Assembly: GCA_965248535.1 (NCBI GenBank)
Contig: CBDFJR010000002.1
Location: forward strand, 1,248,001-1,312,000
From: Phormidesmis sp.
Lineage (GTDB): Bacteria > Cyanobacteriota > Cyanobacteriia > Leptolyngbyales > Leptolyngbyaceae
Direction of reading: 5' to 3'
Length of the DNA stretch: 64,000 nucleotides
Position numbers and translations under genes: made by a program. The notes beneath the pieces were generated by a model. It was not told where the DNA came from and did no database searches. It saw only the letters and a program-made list of their open reading frames with translations. Of this stretch, positions 62,205 to 64,000 are shown piece by piece (positions within the stretch are counted from its first letter, which is position 1; every line of letters starts with the position of its first letter).

Positions 62205-62831
62205 TCAGAAAATGTACAGCAGCAGAAATAGAATCACCCAGACAATATCGACAAAGTGCCAATAAACCTCAGCCGCTTCCACCCCAAAATGACTGCTGCT
62301 GCTGTAGCGATCGGGCTTCATCGATCGCCACAACACGCCCAAAATTAGCACCAGCCCAAACAAAACGTGCAGCCCGTGGAAGCCAGTTAAGACATAGAAC
62401 GTGCTGGCAAAAAGGTTAGTCGTCAGCCCAAACTCTAAGTGAAAATATTCATAGAGTTGACCTGACAGAAAGACAGCGCCCATCGCGGCAGTGACCGCAA
62501 ACCAGAGCCGCAGCCCTTTGACATCGTTCTTTTTAATGGCCGTGTCAGCGTTGTGAATGACTAAACTGCTGGCTACCAAAATCACCGTGTTGATTCCGGG
62601 CAGCAGCAATTCCAGTCGAGGCGTACCTTCGGGTGGCCACACAGGGGCCACCGATCGAAAGGTGAGATAGGCCATAAACAGGCCTAGAAAAATCATGCCC
62701 TCAGCCACCAAGAAGACAATGACACCCAATAGCCGAAAGTCGTGATGTTCTACACCGTGAGCAGCAACCACTTCTGCTTCATGGTGGTGATTGAGAACCG
62801 TTTTTGTAGAGTCGAGGGTTGAACCTGTCAT
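62205..62831 (-). CDS. ctaE: Cytochrome c oxidase subunit III
   Basis: FLVAE.M.F, NTVILVASS, LTGFHGLHV, YWHFVD. Confidence 0.95.
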   Translation of the reverse strand: MTGSTLDSTKTVLNHHHEAEVVAAHGVEHHDFRLLGVIVFLVAEGMIFLGLFMAYLTFRSVAPVWPPEGTPRLELLLPGINTVILVASSLVIHNADTAIKKNDVKGLRLWFAVTAAMGAVFLSGQLYEYFHLEFGLTTNLFASTFYVLTGFHGLHVLFGLVLILGVLWRSMKPDRYSSSSHFGVEAAEVYWHFVDIVWVILFLLLYIF

Positions 62832-62867
62832 GAATCTTGCGGTTTGGTAAAGGACAAAACGTGAACT

Positions 62868-64000
62868 CTAGCGGTTGTGGCTTTCGCCCACCCGATCGCT
62901 GGGGCTGACCGCAACCGCCGGGTCAGGCTTTGCCCGCAGAGCGGAATTAGGGCCGGCCGCAAGCACTGGGTCGCTAGCTTCTGACAGGGGAACGTTGACC
63001 TCAGTTGCGCGGCTGCCCATGCCATAGTCGTAGGGCCCAGTGGCTAGAACGGGATCTGCGTCAAAGTTTTCGACCGGGGGAGGAGAAGTAGTCATCCACT
63101 CCAGGGTCAAGCCGCGCCAAGGGTTGTCGCTGGCTTTCTCGCCATAAACCCAACTCCAACAAACATTCACCAAGAAGGGCAGTGTCGAAATAGCTAAGAG
63201 ATAGGCTCCGATCGTGCACAGCAAATTCAAAGCTGCAAATTTAGGATCATACTCCGCGATTCGGCGGTTCATGCCTTCAATCCCCAGCTTGTGCATCGGC
63301 ATAAACGCCAGGTTAAAGCCCACATAACTCAGCGCAAAGTGAACTTTACCCAGAGGTTCGTTGAGCATTCGCCCCGTCATTTTAGGGAACCAATGATAGA
63401 ACGCGGAATATAGCCCAAACACGCTGCCCCCAAACAACACATAGTGCAGGTGAGCCACAATGAAGTAGGTGTCATGAACGTGAATGTCAAAAGGCACAGA
63501 GGCGACCATCACACCGCTAATGCCGCCAATCACAAACAAAGAAATAAACCCCATCGCGAATAGTAGTGGGCTTTCGAGACGAAGTTTGCCGCCCCAGATT
63601 GTCGCTAGCCAGCTAAAGACTTTAATCCCAGTCGGCACAGCGATGATCATTGAGGTGATCATGAAAAACATCCGCAGCCAAGGCGGAGTGCCGCTCGTGA
63701 ACATATGGTGCGCCCACACGATCAGCCCCAACCCACAAATTGCCACACTGGAATAAGCGATCGCTTTGTAGCCAAAAATCGGCTTGCGCGAGTGCACAGA
63801 CACAATCTCTGAGATCATCCCAAACACTGGCAAGATCATGATATAGACCGCCGGATGGGAGTAAAACCAGAACATATGCTGATAGACCACCGGGTCGCCG
63901 CCCCCTGTGGGGTTAAAAAAGTTAGTCCCCACAATCAGGTCAAACGACAGCAAAATCATCGCCCCAGCTAGCACAGGCGTTGCGACCAGCGCCAAAAACG
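62868..64000 (-). CDS. ctaD: Cytochrome c oxidase subunit I (5' part outside window)
   Basis: GGDPVVYQHMFWFYSHPAVY, VWAHHMF, HDTYFIVAHLHYV. Confidence 0.96.
   Translation of the reverse strand, partial: FLALVATPVLAGAMILLSFDLIVGTNFFNPTGGGDPVVYQHMFWFYSHPAVYIMILPVFGMISEIVSVHSRKPIFGYKAIAYSSVAICGLGLIVWAHHMFTSGTPPWLRMFFMITSMIIAVPTGIKVFSWLATIWGGKLRLESPLLFAMGFISLFVIGGISGVMVASVPFDIHVHDTYFIVAHLHYVLFGGSVFGLYSAFYHWFPKMTGRMLNEPLGKVHFALSYVGFNLAFMPMHKLGIEGMNRRIAEYDPKFAALNLLCTIGAYLLAISTLPFLVNVCWSWVYGEKASDNPWRGLTLEWMTTSPPPVENFDADPVLATGPYDYGMGSRATEVNVPLSEASDPVLAAGPNSALRAKPDPAVAVSPSDRVGESHNR

Overview
Cyanobacterial chromosome segment, inferred from dense HIP1 GCGATCGC/CGATCG sites and from psbX, hli, ycf66, cyAbrB, acsF and ndhV-like genes. 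Most of the window is housekeeping: purF/purL, accC, sdhB, holA, cydAB, trpD, carA, mrnC, rlmB, ctaD/ctaE. Two accessory regions stand out. (1) About 30.75-35.06 kb holds three toxin-antitoxin pairs, a GIY-YIG gene and an orphan membrane-protein gene. It also has two integron attC-like sites, three copies of a conserved non-coding leader, a 40-bp-period repeat, and a HIP1-bounded 89-bp duplication of a host gene end. No integrase is present in the window. (2) About 38.5-40.9 kb is an IS200/IS605 element with an intact-looking tnpA, an internally deleted tnpB, and two small passenger ORFs apparently co-transcribed with tnpB. Smaller observations: a triplicated PurF propeptide-cleavage motif, an orphan biuret hydrolase-like gene, a probable ATT start codon, REP-like palindromes, two frameshifted genes and a catalytically degenerate serine recombinase. 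All family assignments come from motif recognition by eye; no searches were run.
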